A stretch of DNA of 64,000 nt from Eledone cirrhosa (lineage: Eukaryota): NCBI GenBank assembly GCA_964016885.1, contig OZ024744.1, positions 103,912,001-103,976,000 of the forward strand, in the 5' to 3' direction. The notes beneath the pieces are model-generated. The model was not told the origin of the DNA, did not search any database, and saw only the letters and a list, made by a program, of their open reading frames with translations. The translations under genes and the position numbers were made by a program. This document shows, piece after piece, positions 1-12,806 of the stretch (position 1 is its first letter; each line of letters starts with the position of its first letter).

Positions 1-3000
1 TAGTATCTACCAGGCCTAGCTACTAGAGACAACTATATAGACACTAGTATCTACCAGACATAGCTACTAGTGACAACTATATAGACACTGGTATCTACCA
101 GACCTAGCTACTAGTGACACTATATAGACACTAGTATCTACCAGGTTTAGTTACTAGTGACAACTACATAGACACTTGTATCTACCAGACCTTGTTACTA
201 CAAACAACTATATAGACACTAGCATCTACCAAACCTAGCTACTAGTGACAACTATATAGACACTAGTATCTACCAGGTCTAGCTACTACAGACAACTATA
301 TAGACACTAGTATCTACCAGACCTAGCTACTAGTGACACTATATAGACACTAGTATCTACATGACCTAGCTACTAGTGACAACTATATAGACACTAGTAT
401 CTACCAGACCTAGCTACTAGTGACAACTATATAGATACTAGTATCTACCAGACCTAGCTACTAGTGACAACTATATAGACACTAGTATCTACCAGACCTA
501 GCTACTAGTGACAACTATATAGACACTAGTATCTACCAGGCCTAGCTAATATTTACAATTATATAGACATTAGTATCTACCATACCTAGCTACTACAGAC
601 AACTATATAGACACTAGTATCTACCAGACCTAGCTACTAGTGACAACTATATAGACACTAGTATCTACCAGACCTAGCTACTAGTGACAACTATCTGGAC
701 ACTAGTATCTACCAGACCTAGCTACTAGTGACAACTATATTGACACTAGTATCTACCAGACCTAGCTACTAGTGACAACTATATAGACACTAGTATCTAC
801 CAGGCCTAGCTACTAGTGACAACTATATAGACACTAGTATCTACCAGAACTAGCTACTACAGACAACTATATAGACACTAGTATCTACCAGACCTAGCTA
901 CTAGTGACACTATATAGACACTAGTATCTACCAGGTCTAGCTACTAGTGACAACTATATAGACACTAGTATCTACCACACCTAACTACTAGCGACAACTA
1001 TATAGACACTAGTCTCTACCAGGTCTAGTTACTAGTGACAACTATATAGACACTAGTATCAACCAGACCTAGCTATTAGTGACGACTATACAGACACTAG
1101 TATCTACCAGACCTAGCTATTAGTGACAACTATACAGACACTAGTATCTACCAGACCTAGCTACTACAGATAACTATATAGACACTAGTATCTACCAGAC
1201 CTAGCTACTAGTGACACCTATATAGACACTAGTATCTTCCAGGTCTAACTACTAGTGACAACTATATAGGCACTAGTATCTTCCATGCCTAGCTACTAGA
1301 GACAACTATATAGACACTAGTATCTACCAAACCTAGCTACTAGTGACAACTATATAGACACTAGTATCTACCAAGCCTAGCTACTAGTGACAACTATATA
1401 GACACTAGTATCTACCATACCTAGCTACTAGTGACAACTATATAGACACTAGTATCTACCAAGCCTAGCTACTAGTGACAACTATATAGACACTAGTATC
1501 TACCAGACCTAGCTACTACAGACAACTATATAGATACTAGTATCTACCAGACCTAGCGACTAGTGACAACTATATAGACACTAGTATCTACCAGGCCTAG
1601 CTACTACAGACAACTATATAGACACTAGTATCTACCAGACCTAGCTACTAGTGACAACTTATAGACACTAGTATCTACCAGACCTAGCTACTACAGACAA
1701 CTATATAGACACTAGTATCTACCAGACCTAACTACTAGTGACAGTTATATAGACACTAGTATCTACCAGACCTAGCTACTAGTGACAACTATATAGACAC
1801 TAGTATCTACCAGACCTAGCTACTAGTGACACCTATATAGACACTAGTATCTACTAGGTCTAGCTACTAGTGACAACTATATAGACACTAGTATCTACCA
1901 GGTCTAGCTATTAGTGACAACTATATAGATAATAGTATATACCAGACCTAGCTACTACAGACAACTATATAGACACTAGTATCTACCAGACCTAGCTACT
2001 AGTGGCACCTATATAGACACTAGTATCTACTAGGCCTAGCTACTAGTGACAACTATATAGACACTAATATCTACCAGACCTAGCTACTAGTGACAACAAT
2101 ATAGACACTAGTATCTACCAGACCTAGCTACTAGTGATAACTATATAGATGCTAGTATCTACCATGTCTAGCTACTACAGACAACTATATAGACACTAGT
2201 ATCTACCAGGCCTAGCTAATATTTACAACTATATAGACACTAGTATCTACCAGGTCTAGCTACTACAGACAACTATATAGACACTAGTATCTACCAGACC
2301 TAGCTACTAGTGACAACTCTATAGACACTATTATCTACATGACCTAGCTACTACAGACAACTATATAGACACTAGTATCTACCAGACCTAGCTACTAGTG
2401 ACAACTATATAGACACTAGTATCTAGCAGACCTAGCTACTAGTGACAACTATATAGACACTAGTATCTACCATGTCTAGCTACTACAGACAACTATATAG
2501 ACACTAGTATTTACCAGGCCTAGCTAATATTTACAACTATATAGACACTAGTATCTACCAGACCTAGCTACTAGCGACAACTATACAGACACTAGTATAT
2601 ACCAGACCTAGCTACTACAGACAACTATATAGACACTCGTATCTACCAGACCTAGCTACTAGTGACAACTATATAGACACTAGTATCTACCAGACCTAGC
2701 TACTACAGACAACTATATAGACACTAGTATCTACCAGACCTAGCTACTAGTGACAACGATATAGACGCTAGTATCTACCAGACCTAGCTACTAGTGACAA
2801 CTATATAGACGCTAGTATCTACCAGACCTAGCTACTAGTGACAACTATATAGACGCTAGTATCTACCAGACCTAGCTACTAGTGACAACTATATAGACAC
2901 TAGTATCTACCAGACCTAGCTACTACAGACAACTATATAGACACTAGTATCTACCAGACCTAGCTACTACAGATAACTATATAGGCACTAGTATCTACCA

Positions 3001-5639
3001 GACCTAGCTACTAGTGACAACTATATAGACACTAGTATCTACCTAAACCTAGCTACTAGTGTCAACTGTATAGACACTAGTATCTACCAGACCTAGCTAC
3101 TAGTGACACCTATATAGACACTAGTATCTTCCAGACCTAACAACTAGTGACACCTATATAGACATTAGTATCTTCCAGACCTAACTACTAGTGACAACTC
3201 TATAGACACTAGTATCTACCGGACCTAGCTACTAGTGACATCTATATAGACACTAGTATCTACCAGACCTAGTTACTACAGACAACTATATAGACACTAG
3301 TATCTACCAGACCTAGCTACTAGTGACAAATATATAGACACTAGTATCTACCAGACCTAGATACTAGTGACAACTATATAGACACTAGTATCTACTAGGT
3401 CTAGCCACTAGTGACAACTATATAGACACTAGTATCTTCCAGACCTAGCTACTACAGACAACTATATAGACACTAGTATCTACCAGACCTAGCTACTAGT
3501 AACAACTATATAGACACTAGTATCTACCAGACCTAGCTACTAGTGACAATTATATAGACACTAGTATCTACCAGACCTAGCTACTAGTGACAACTATATA
3601 GACACTAGTATCTACCAAACCTAACTACTAGTGACAACTATATAGACACTAGTATCTACCAGACCTAGCTACTAGTGACAATTATATAGACACTAGTATC
3701 TACCAGACCTAGCTACTAGTGACAACTATATAGACACTAGTATCTACCAAACCTAACTACTAGTGACAACTATATAGACACTAGTATCTACCAGACCTAG
3801 CTACTAGTGACAACTATAAAGACACTAGTATCTACCAGACCTAGCTACTACAGACAACTATATAGACACTAGTATCTACCAGGTCTAGCTAATACAGACA
3901 ACTATATAGACACTTGTATCTACCAAACCTAGCTACTAGTGTCAACTGTATAGACGCTAGTATCTACCAAACCTAGCTACTTATGTCAACTATATAGACA
4001 CTAGTATCTACCAGACCTAGCTACTAGTGACAACTATATAGACGCTAGTATCTACCAGACCTAGCTACTAGTGACAACTATACAGACACTAGTATCTACC
4101 AGACCTAGCTACTAGTGACAACTATATAGACACTAGTATCTACCAGACCTAGCTACTAGTGACAACTATATAGACACTCATATCTACCATGTCTAGCTAC
4201 TAGTGACACCTATATAGACAGTAGTATCTTCCATGTCTAACTACTAGTGACAACTATATAGACACTAGTATCTACCAGACCTAGCTACTAGTGACAACTA
4301 TATAGACACTAGTATCTACCAAACCTAGGCACAAGTGTCAACTATATAGACACTAGTATATACAAGACCTAGCTACTAGTGACAACTATATAGGCACTAG
4401 TATCTACCAGACCTAGCTACTAGTGACAACTATATAGACACTAGTATCTACCAGACCTAGCTACTAGTGACAACTATATAGATGCTAGCATATACAAGAC
4501 CTAGCTACTAGTGACCACTATATAGACACTAGTATCTACCAGACCTAGCTACTACAGACAACTATATAGACACTAGTATCTACCAGACCTAGCTACTAGT
4601 GACCACTATATAGACACTAGTATCTACCAGACCTAGCTACTACAGACAACTATATAGACACTAGTATCTACCAGACCTAGCTACTTGTGACAACTATATA
4701 GACACTAGTATCTACCAGACCTAGCTACTAGTGACCACTATATAGACACTAGTATCTACCAGACCTAGCTACTACAGACAACTATATAGACACTAGTATC
4801 TACCAAACCTAGCTACTAGTGACCACTATATGGACACTAGTATCTACCAGACCAGCTACTACAGACAACTATATAGACACTAGTATCTACCAGACCTAGC
4901 TACTTGTGACAACTATATTGACACTAGTATCTACCAAACCTAGCTACTAGTGACAACTATATTGACACTAGTATCTACCAAACCTAGCTACTTGTGACAA
5001 CTATATTGACACTAGTATCTACCAAACCTAGCTACTAGTGACAACTATATGGACACTAGTATCTACCAGACCTAGCTACTAGTGACAACTATATAGACAC
5101 TAGTATATACCAGACCTAGCGACTAGTGACCACTATATAGACACTAGTATCTACCAGACCTAGCTACTTGTGACAACTATATAGACACTAGTATCTACCA
5201 GACCTAGCTACTAGTGACCACTATATAGACACTAGTATCTACCAGACCTAGCTACTACAGACAACTATATAGACACTAGTATCTACCAGACCTAGCTACT
5301 ACAGACAACTATATAGACACTAGTATCTACCAGACCTAGCTACTAGTGACAACTATATAGACACTAGTATATACCAGACCTAGCGACTAGTGACCACTAT
5401 ATAGACACTAGTATCTACCAGACCTAGCTACTACAGACAACTATATAGACACTAGTATCTACCAGACCTAGCTACTACAGACAACTATATCAACACTAGT
5501 ATCTACCAGACCTAGCGACTAGTGACAACTATATAGACACTGGTATCTACCAGACCTAGCTACTACAGACAACTATATCAACACTAGTATCTACCAGACC
5601 TAGCGACTAGTGACAACTATATAGACACTAGTATCTACC
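1..5639. repeat. Tandem satellite, 44-bp unit (consensus CTAGTATCTACCAGACCTAGCTACTAGTGACAACTATATAGACA), ~128 copies, runs off the window start
   Basis: Unit recurs with period 44 from position 1 (TAGTAT at 1 and 45). Only point variants are seen (e.g. TACTACAGAC vs TACTAGTGAC); there are no unique spacers. Confidence 0.97.
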
Positions 5640-5640
5640 C

Positions 5641-5990
5641 TGTCCCGTGAATTTGGCCTGCATAGCCAACCACCATATTTCTGCTGCAAATATGTGCACA
5701 TTCTCTCCCGTCCATCTCACTTTGCCTAGCTTGGTGAAAGCAGCATAAGCAGCATAATGCCCATCAGAGCAATGACTCAAGGAATCGTTTACTATCTTCT
5801 CCGCGCTCAGTTTGTCTGACTCGTCAGTGCATCTCCATTGAGATAAAGAGCGATTAGTCGAGGCACATTCTCAATACCTTGCAGTGTGGCAACCATTCTA
5901 ACTTTTCTCAACAAGGCAATGCCATCTCCTTTGCCATTGAAGGCTTTGATCGCCTTGCTACCCATTCTTAATTTTGCCACCAGCTCATTT
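5641..5990 (-). mobile_element. Degenerate Gypsy-type LTR retrotransposon gag N-terminal fragment
   Basis: Manual minus-strand translation from ATG at 5965 gives MGSKAIKAFNGKGDGIALLRKVRMVATLQGIENVPRLIALYLNGDAL; after a frameshift it continues AFTKLGKVRWTGENVHIFAAEIWWLA. This resembles invertebrate Gypsy gag (F.G.GDV..WL.KV.LVA.LQ...LPLYL.GDAL). A PBS-like TGGTGGCA lies just upstream (~5975-5982). Confidence 0.65.
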
Positions 5991-6741
5991 GCGAGATCGT
6001 AAAAGTCAATAACACCCCAAGAAGAAAAAAAAAAAGAAAAATGCTGTCGGGTGTAAGAATCCCAAAAGATGGGAAAGAAATATTTAACACCGAAATAGCT
6101 TGTAACCAGAAGTATTCAGACTTAATTGTGTCTACAATTCACTTTGGCCAGAGTCATCCACCATTCACGTGCCTTACATCCGACCTTTGGGCATAAGAGC
6201 CTCTCTCAGTCTTGCTTTACACAATATGTCCTCACTGGACCACGTACTGTTGGGAAAGAGGCAGTCAGTAGACCCTGAACCCTCATGTGATGTCACTCGT
6301 CCTCCTGCTTCCAGTCAGGCAACTTCTGGAAATCTTCTCCATGGCAGCTCCACAATATTTTTCCGCCATATTGTACCAGCTTTTTTAAAACTTATTCATC
6401 TTTTATTACTATTTAAAATATTCAATAGAATTGATTCTGCAAGACACCTAACAGAAATAACCTATACACAGTCATTTGACCTGTAAGAAATATCGGCCAA
6501 ATCTCCCTCAAATCACACCCTACACAGACTTGCTAGAAATATATCGGCCAAATCTCCCTCAAATCACACCCTAATATTTTTTATTATATACCTGGAAATG
6601 CCTAGCCATGGATAAGTAGCAACAAAGAAAAAATTAAATCAATGGAGTCCAATGATGTTTGGAATCTCCACGCAAACTAATCTTAATATAAAATTTTATT
6701 TACTTATTAAGTAGTCAGGTTAGCTGCAAAATACACTATTT

Positions 6742-7131
6742 GACCAAAATGGTGGTAGGTCACAGCTGTAGCTATATCTCCAGATGGTGGTAGGTCACAG
6801 ATATAGTTATATCTCCAGATGACCAAGAAGGTAGGTCACAGATGTTGTTATATCTCCAGATGACCAAAATGGTGGTAGGTCACAGATGTAGTTATATCTC
6901 CAGATGGTGGTAGGTCACAGATATAGTTATACCTCCAGATGACCAAGAAGGTTGGTCACAGATGTTGTTATATCTCCAGATGACCAAAATGGTGGTAGGT
7001 CACAGATGTAGTTATATCTCCAGATGGTGGTAGGTCACAGATATAGTTATATCTCCAGATGACCAAGAAGGTTGGTCACAGATGTTGTTATATCTCCAGA
7101 TGACCAAAATGGTGGTAGGTCACAGATGTAG
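6742..7131. repeat. Higher-order tandem repeat: 120-bp unit built from three related 44/35/41-bp subunits, ~3.2 copies
   Basis: Near-identical text at 6781, 6901 and 7021 (period 120). Each subunit carries GGTCACAGATNTNGTTATATCTCCAGAT. Confidence 0.92.
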
Positions 7132-7740
7132 ATCTTTCCTGCAATCAGAGCTGGATACAATGCAGCAATGGACTATGGACTGGCAACTCAAGCTGGCTGT
7201 GGACAAGTGTACCATAATCCATTCAACAGCGATTTGCATTGGACAAAGCACATCTCTAAAATTGTCACGAAGGCCGAGGGTGTCTTAGCATCACTCAGCA
7301 AGACCTTTGTCAGCCGCTCTCCAGCTATCTATTTAAAGCTGTATATAGCTATGGTGTGTCCACACTTAGAATTTGCCTCACCAGTCTGGAATACCTATCT
7401 TGTTCAAAATATTGATCTCCAGGAAACTGTTCAGGGACGTGCAACCAAACGAATACCCTGCATCAGGCATGGATACATTAAAGCTCCGACATCTGACAAC
7501 TGACTTGGTAGACACCCACAAGATTAGTAACCATCTCTCCAACAACAACCCTGAGCACCTTTTTAAATTCCATGTCTAACATCTGTGGGCATGCTTACAA
7601 AATTAGAAAACAGTAAAGCTACCATGACCTTCAAAAATATTTTTTCACATTCAGAGTTGCTAAAGCATGGAACAAATTACCTGCATCAGTTGTTAGCTGT
7701 TGGGACACTGCATCCTTTAACACTTCTATACTTCCTGAGA
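7132..7740 (+). mobile_element. CR1/L2-clade LINE 3' fragment (RT C-terminus), frameshifted
   Basis: Overlapping ORF pieces LQSELDTMQQWTMDWQLKLAVDKC, DLHWTKHISKIVTKA..LYIAMVCPHLEFASPVW..VQGRATKRIP and GHAYKI..FFTFRVAKAWNKLP follow the CR1 post-RT motif order. Confidence 0.85.
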
Positions 7741-8041
7741 TTCACCAAGTACTGCTGCTTTCTGTGTGAATGGGACAGCCGTGCAAGTGGTTCCCACTCT
7801 ATCAGGAGAGACTGGCCACTTCATCAATCATTGGAGCGTGGGATGAAAAATGTTCAACAACCTCCTCTCACTGAACCAAAGAAAATGTTGCTACCACCAA
7901 TACACATAAAACTGGGGCTCATGAAAAACTTTGTAAAAGTTATGGACAAATCCAGTCAGGGATTCAAGTATTTAACATCAAAATTTCCCTCACTGAACAA
8001 TGTCCTCAGATTCAAGAGCTTCTTAAAGATAGTGACTTTAA

Positions 8042-8260
8042 CCCTTTATCATTTAAACCGACCACATCTGGCCAGAATTTTCTCACCGCTTTCTCTTTAA
8101 ACCAGTCATAATCGACGGCTCATACTGACGTTGAGGTATTGTTCTCAAAATAAATAATATCAAAATCTCATAGGTTCAATATTATGTAAGATAATTATAT
8201 AAGATAGTCTTTTCTGTGAAAATACAATAGTAAATATAGAGTAATGTGAATGCTAAAGGG
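8042..8260 (+). mobile_element. piggyBac-like MITE (CCCTTTAGCATT-type TIRs, TTAA target-site duplication)
   Basis: TTAA at 8038-8041 and 8261-8264; ends CCCTTTATCATT...AATGCTAAAGGG. Removing it restores the Chapaev3 frame (KDSDF-K-SAL). Confidence 0.88.
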
Positions 8261-8632
8261 TTAAATCAGCCCTTTATGGAGGAGAAAGCTGCTTTGGAAG
8301 CAATAAAGTTAGTGGAGAAAGGATTTCTCGGAAACAGAAGGGAAGGAAACTATGAAGAATTGGTGGAAAACCTCATCAAGGCTTACAAGAACATGGGATG
8401 TAACATGTCAATTTAAATCCATTTTTTTGGACTCCCATTTAGATTTTTTTCCAGTGAAATGTGGAGCAGTTAGTGACGAACATGGTGATAGGTTTCACCA
8501 AGATATTTCAACCATAGAAAAGCAGTACAAAGGGCAAATGGAGCACAATAATGCTTGCAGACTATTGTTGGACATTAGCAAGAGAGGATTCTTCAGCAAA
8601 AAAGCAGAGAATAGATATGGACTAGAACTTAA

Positions 8633-8739
8633 AACAATTGTTTCTACTTTAGGCACAAGGCCAGCAATTACACAGTGAATTACTGGTACTTTATTTTATC
8701 GACCCCGTAAGGATGAAAGGCAAAGTTAACCTCGGCGGG
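8633..8739 (-). mobile_element. SINE family A, 3' fragment
   Basis: Reverse complement of TTTGCCTTTCATCCTTACGGGGTCGATAAAATAAAGTACCAGT...GCTGGCCTTGTGCC..AGTAGAAACAATT, as seen at 12583, 43684 and 53230. Confidence 0.85.
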
Positions 8740-9482
8740 AATGACACATATTGTACGTTATAATAAAATAATCAAATATTACGTATTGTGTATTTTTAAG
8801 CCTGTAACTAATTAACATTTATCAAGGTGATATTTGTATTCAGGACATGAAAATACATAAGAATTAAATAATCTCATTTAAGAAACACACAACTTTTCAA
8901 AAATTGTTGACCAGTGTAATAAATATATATATACATATATAAATGTACACACACATACATATATATATAAACAAGAAAAATCTAACAATGTTTATAGTAG
9001 TGTATGACATTGATAAAATGAAAGAAAAGTGAACTGTCAATACTTGAATTCTAAAGATAAAGGGACATAACTACGACTATAAGGTATTTAGTTGAATATC
9101 ATTAATCCTTTTTTTTTTACCGTATATCAAATGACATATACTATTTCAATTAATTAATGGAAAATTTGGAGGGGTTTACTAAACCTATTAATTATTTTAT
9201 TACAAGGATAGTAACTTAACATATAGTACTTAAATTAAAATCCTCCAACAATTTTATATAACACATTTTTTTACTATATTTATAAGGGAATACACTCGAT
9301 TTCAATTAATTGACGAAGGATTTTGTGGGATTTACTAAATTTATTTTAATACTTGGACAGTAACTTAACATATGGTTCTAATATAAAATTATTTGGGAAT
9401 GTTTGAATTTAAACAGGAACCCTTTAAAATGAATGGTTTTGTTTCATAGAATCAGAGTTTGTTTTAGCCAGGTTAGCATTAA

Positions 9483-9743
9483 CCCTTTACCATTTACATT
9501 ACTCTATATTTACTATTGTATTTCATGGTAAAGGCTGAATCTCTTATAATTATCTCACATATCAAATCTATGAGATTTTGAAATTATTTATTTTGAGAGC
9601 AATACCTTAACGTCGGTATGAGTGGCCAGTTACAGTCAGTTTGAACAGAAAGAGGTGAGAGAATTTTGGCCGGATATAGCTGGTTTGAACAGAAAGAAGT
9701 GAAAGAATTCTGTCCGGATTCAGCCAGTTTAAATGCTGAAGGG
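9483..9743 (-). mobile_element. piggyBac-like MITE, same family as 8042-8260, opposite orientation
   Basis: TTAA at 9479-9482 and 9744-9747; CCCTTT...GAAGGG ends; the interior is the reverse complement of the 8042 copy. Confidence 0.85.
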
Positions 9744-10389
9744 TTAATATTGTTGTCAGGCACAAAAGGTTCCTGTGTTCATTTAAAGTTGACCTCTGTG
9801 GTACCTGAACTCAAACTGACATAGGTAAATACAGTGAGGCTTCTATTCTGACATTACCAATCCTGTCAGCCCCATTTTAAAGGTATGTTGAATAAAAACC
9901 TGAAGACAATTAATATACCTATAAGTTTTGCATGGCATTAAATCCTCAGCAAAAATATGGTGAAAGAATAAAATATATAATATAAAATATAATATGCAAT
10001 TTATTTTCAAAAGGCATCCAGCTGTTAAACCAAGCAACCCCAAGTACTGAGTAAAACTAATACAGAGTAGAAGAGATTCTTTAGTTCTGTTGCAGGCAAA
10101 TTCTTTAATGTTGATGACAGGAAAGGCATCCAACTGTAAAGTTCTTAGCAATAAGAAAAGCATCCAACTGAAAAGTTCTTAGCAATAAGGAAGGCATCCA
10201 ACTGTAAAAAAAACACCAGAGACAATGAAAGATGGCAAAAATCATCAACACTATTTCAATTCTACCAACATAGAAAAAATAAGACTTGGAATTAAAGTTG
10301 ATATCAACTGAAGATGAACAAATAAAAATGATAAAGACTTTACTTAGATGCAAAAGAGATTATAGCCATTTTTCTATAAAGCTGTTTAA

Positions 10390-10604
10390 CCCTTTAGCAT
10401 TTTAACCGGCTGTATCTGGCTAGAATTCTCTCACCTCTTTCTATTCAAATCAGTCATAATCTGTTCAAACTGGCCACCCATACTGATATTAAGGTATTGT
10501 TCTGAAAATAAATATCAAAATCTCACAGATTCAATATTATGTCAGATGAAGCCTTTACCATGAAAATACAATAGTTTATATAGAGTAATGCAAATGCTAA
10601 AGGG
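10390..10604 (+). mobile_element. piggyBac-like MITE, same family
   Basis: TTAA at 10386-10389 and 10605-10608; CCCTTTAGCATT...AATGCTAAAGGG. Confidence 0.88.
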
Positions 10605-10837
10605 TTAATTTCTGATTAGCTGATTAGTAGACCTGTGACTAGAAAGTTAATGATCTACTCATAGGTTTATATGTGAAGCATATTAGTTTGTTAAATTTCC
10701 CCATTTTATCAATAGTCTAATAATTGGTATCACATTTTTATAAGAAGACAAGTTCTAAGATACAAGCATGTGGTCGCCAAGTCAAGGAATGTGATCCCAC
10801 CCACCACCCCCCAAAAATGGGGCTGGCTTATATTCAA

Positions 10838-11239
10838 GTTTGCTTGGAATACAATGAATATATTTGTGAAGAATATTTTACAGAGGAGCTAGTGTTAGCT
10901 CAATCTGAAGATATTTCAATGGCACTAAGTACTATCATGAAGACTAATAGTGAATTGTTTCGTAACAGAAGTGACTCAGTAGGAAGATCCAAGTTGCTGT
11001 CTACAGCTCTTTAAACATGTAGGATTCACTAATAGCATTAGCTTGAAACACGATTGAAATGAATTTCAATTTGGTTGGCTTTCATAGGAATCTATTGATT
11101 TGATTTTCTTTCTGGACATTAAAAACAGCTCTTAATGTATGTGCAATAGATTAAAAGGAAATAGTAAACTTATTTGAATGATATATACCAAACCAACAGC
11201 ATCAAAGGACAGAAAGTAACTTTTAGCTAAGTATTTTTG
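10838..11239 (+). repeat. 402-bp dispersed repeat copy 1 (near-identical to 19188-19589); possibly a decayed transposase remnant
   Basis: Direct alignment by eye at offset 8350; differs mainly by a 26-bp inversion. Confidence 0.9.
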
Positions 11240-12319
11240 AATGGAAGATGTGAAAAGAAAATGTATTAGCTTTGATGAATGGTTGCCAAGCAATCAGGAT
11301 TACAATATAAATATGGCCACTTAGAAATAACTCAAATATTTGGGGAAGTGGAAAACCAATTATATCAATAAGTGATCATATTAAAATGGGAACTATCTTC
11401 AAATAAAAGCAATAAATACCGTATATACTTGTATATAAGCTGAGAAAGATGTGATGACCAAAAAAAGAAAAATTCAATAGTAAAATGGTGCAGGGGGTTT
11501 CTTATATTCAAGGTCAATATGTTGACAATTTTCACCTACTTCCAATTCTACATAAATAAGGTGTTAAAATATCTGGAGTGATTCTACAATGAACCTGTTT
11601 TTCTACATTTATTATATCAAGTTTTTCATGTATCACCTTGAGAATATTCCCACAGAGTTTTATTATTTAAATTTTTTAATACATAAATATCCTACACATA
11701 AATGCATACATGCATGTATACATAAGCACATGTGCAGACTTTTTCTGTTGTACCTTACTGTTCCTTTCAATCTTGTTTTATTTCACTCGCTCTCTCTTTC
11801 AAAGTCATTACATAGTGAAGTTGTGAAACAAAAACTACACTAAATGACACTTGAAACATTTTAAATATCAAAATATTAAAACTTCATATTTTCTCCACTC
11901 ATGAAAATTTCAAAACCAGGCCATGTGTTGATTAGCTGCCTTTGGCTTATAAACAGGGTTTGGATGTTTGTCCATTTCTCAGACAAAATTGGGTAGGCTG
12001 GCTTATATCCAAGTATATGTACAATGATTGAGATAGATGATCGAGAATTGCTGGTTAAGCTGATCAAAAGAGATAACAGTATATACCTCATTGCTAAGAT
12101 ATTCCTTTGAATGGACAACAATGATGGATATGCAACAAACTACACAATAACTAGACACTGGAGTAAAGTTAAAATATTCTGGTATTTGTATAATGTGGAT
12201 ACTGAGATAGATAGGTAAGGCATGACCATTTATAGAAGCAACTATAAAACATAGTACTCTAAAGAATATAACCATTTTGATACCAAACTACCCCCGATTC
12301 AGTGTTACAAAACTAATTA

Positions 12320-12806
12320 TTTTAAACTGGTTGTATCTGGCCAGAATTCTCACTTCTTTCTGTCCAACCCAGCTGTAGCTAGCCACTCATACTGACATTA
12401 AGGTATTGTTCTCAAAATACATATCAATATTTTGTGGGATAATTATGTAAAATAAAGCCTTTGCCACAAAAATACAATACTTGGCCTTTAATCCTTACGG
12501 GGGTCGATAAAATAAAGTACCAGTAATGTACTGGGCATTTGCTGGCCTTGCGCCAAAAGTAGAAACAATTATATAGAGTGCAGTGGATTGGCAGTATCAG
12601 TAGAGCCGGACACCATGCTCTGAAGCATAGAGTTACGTCCCTTTATGATCCGAGTTCAAATCCCGAGGCTAACTTTGCCTTTCATCCTTACGGGGGGGAG
12701 GGGGGATAAAATAAAGTACCAGTAATGTACTGGGTATTTGCTGGCCTTGTGCCAAAAATAGAAACAATTATATATATAGAGTAATGTAAAATGCTAAACA
12801 GTTAAA
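12320..12806 (+). mobile_element. piggyBac-like MITE copy interrupted by two tandem SINE-A insertions (~12483-12570 and ~12583-12770)
   Basis: MITE interior (CTGGCCAGAATTCTC...TTAAGGTATTGTTCTCAAAA) before 12480 and MITE end (AATGCTAAACAGTTAA) at ~12790-12806 flank two copies of the SINE-A core. Confidence 0.75.

Larger units (their letters stand above)
7743..8916 (+). mobile_element. Chapaev3-type (CMC superfamily) DNA transposon 3' part with degraded transposase
   Basis: Motifs TKYCCFLCEWDSRA, LLPPIHIKLGLMKNFVK, GCNMS and SHLDFFPVKCGAVSDEHGDRFHQDI. The 3' terminus ...AAAATTGTTGACCAGTG (8916; CACTG-type TIR) is followed by TAA. Interrupted by a MITE (8042-8260) and a SINE piece (~8633-8739). 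Confidence 0.82.

Noticed and set aside
1-5639. CRISPR array interpretation of the regular 44-bp repeat
   Set aside because: Units are head-to-tail with no unique spacers, there are no cas genes, and the context is eukaryotic (spliced gene, LINEs, SINEs).
10724-11014. Duplicated small protein gene (ORFs 10724-11014 and 19107-19364 share a C-terminus)
   Set aside because: The similarity comes from the 402-bp DNA duplication; the N-termini are unrelated, and an internal inversion changes the peptide without apparent constraint.
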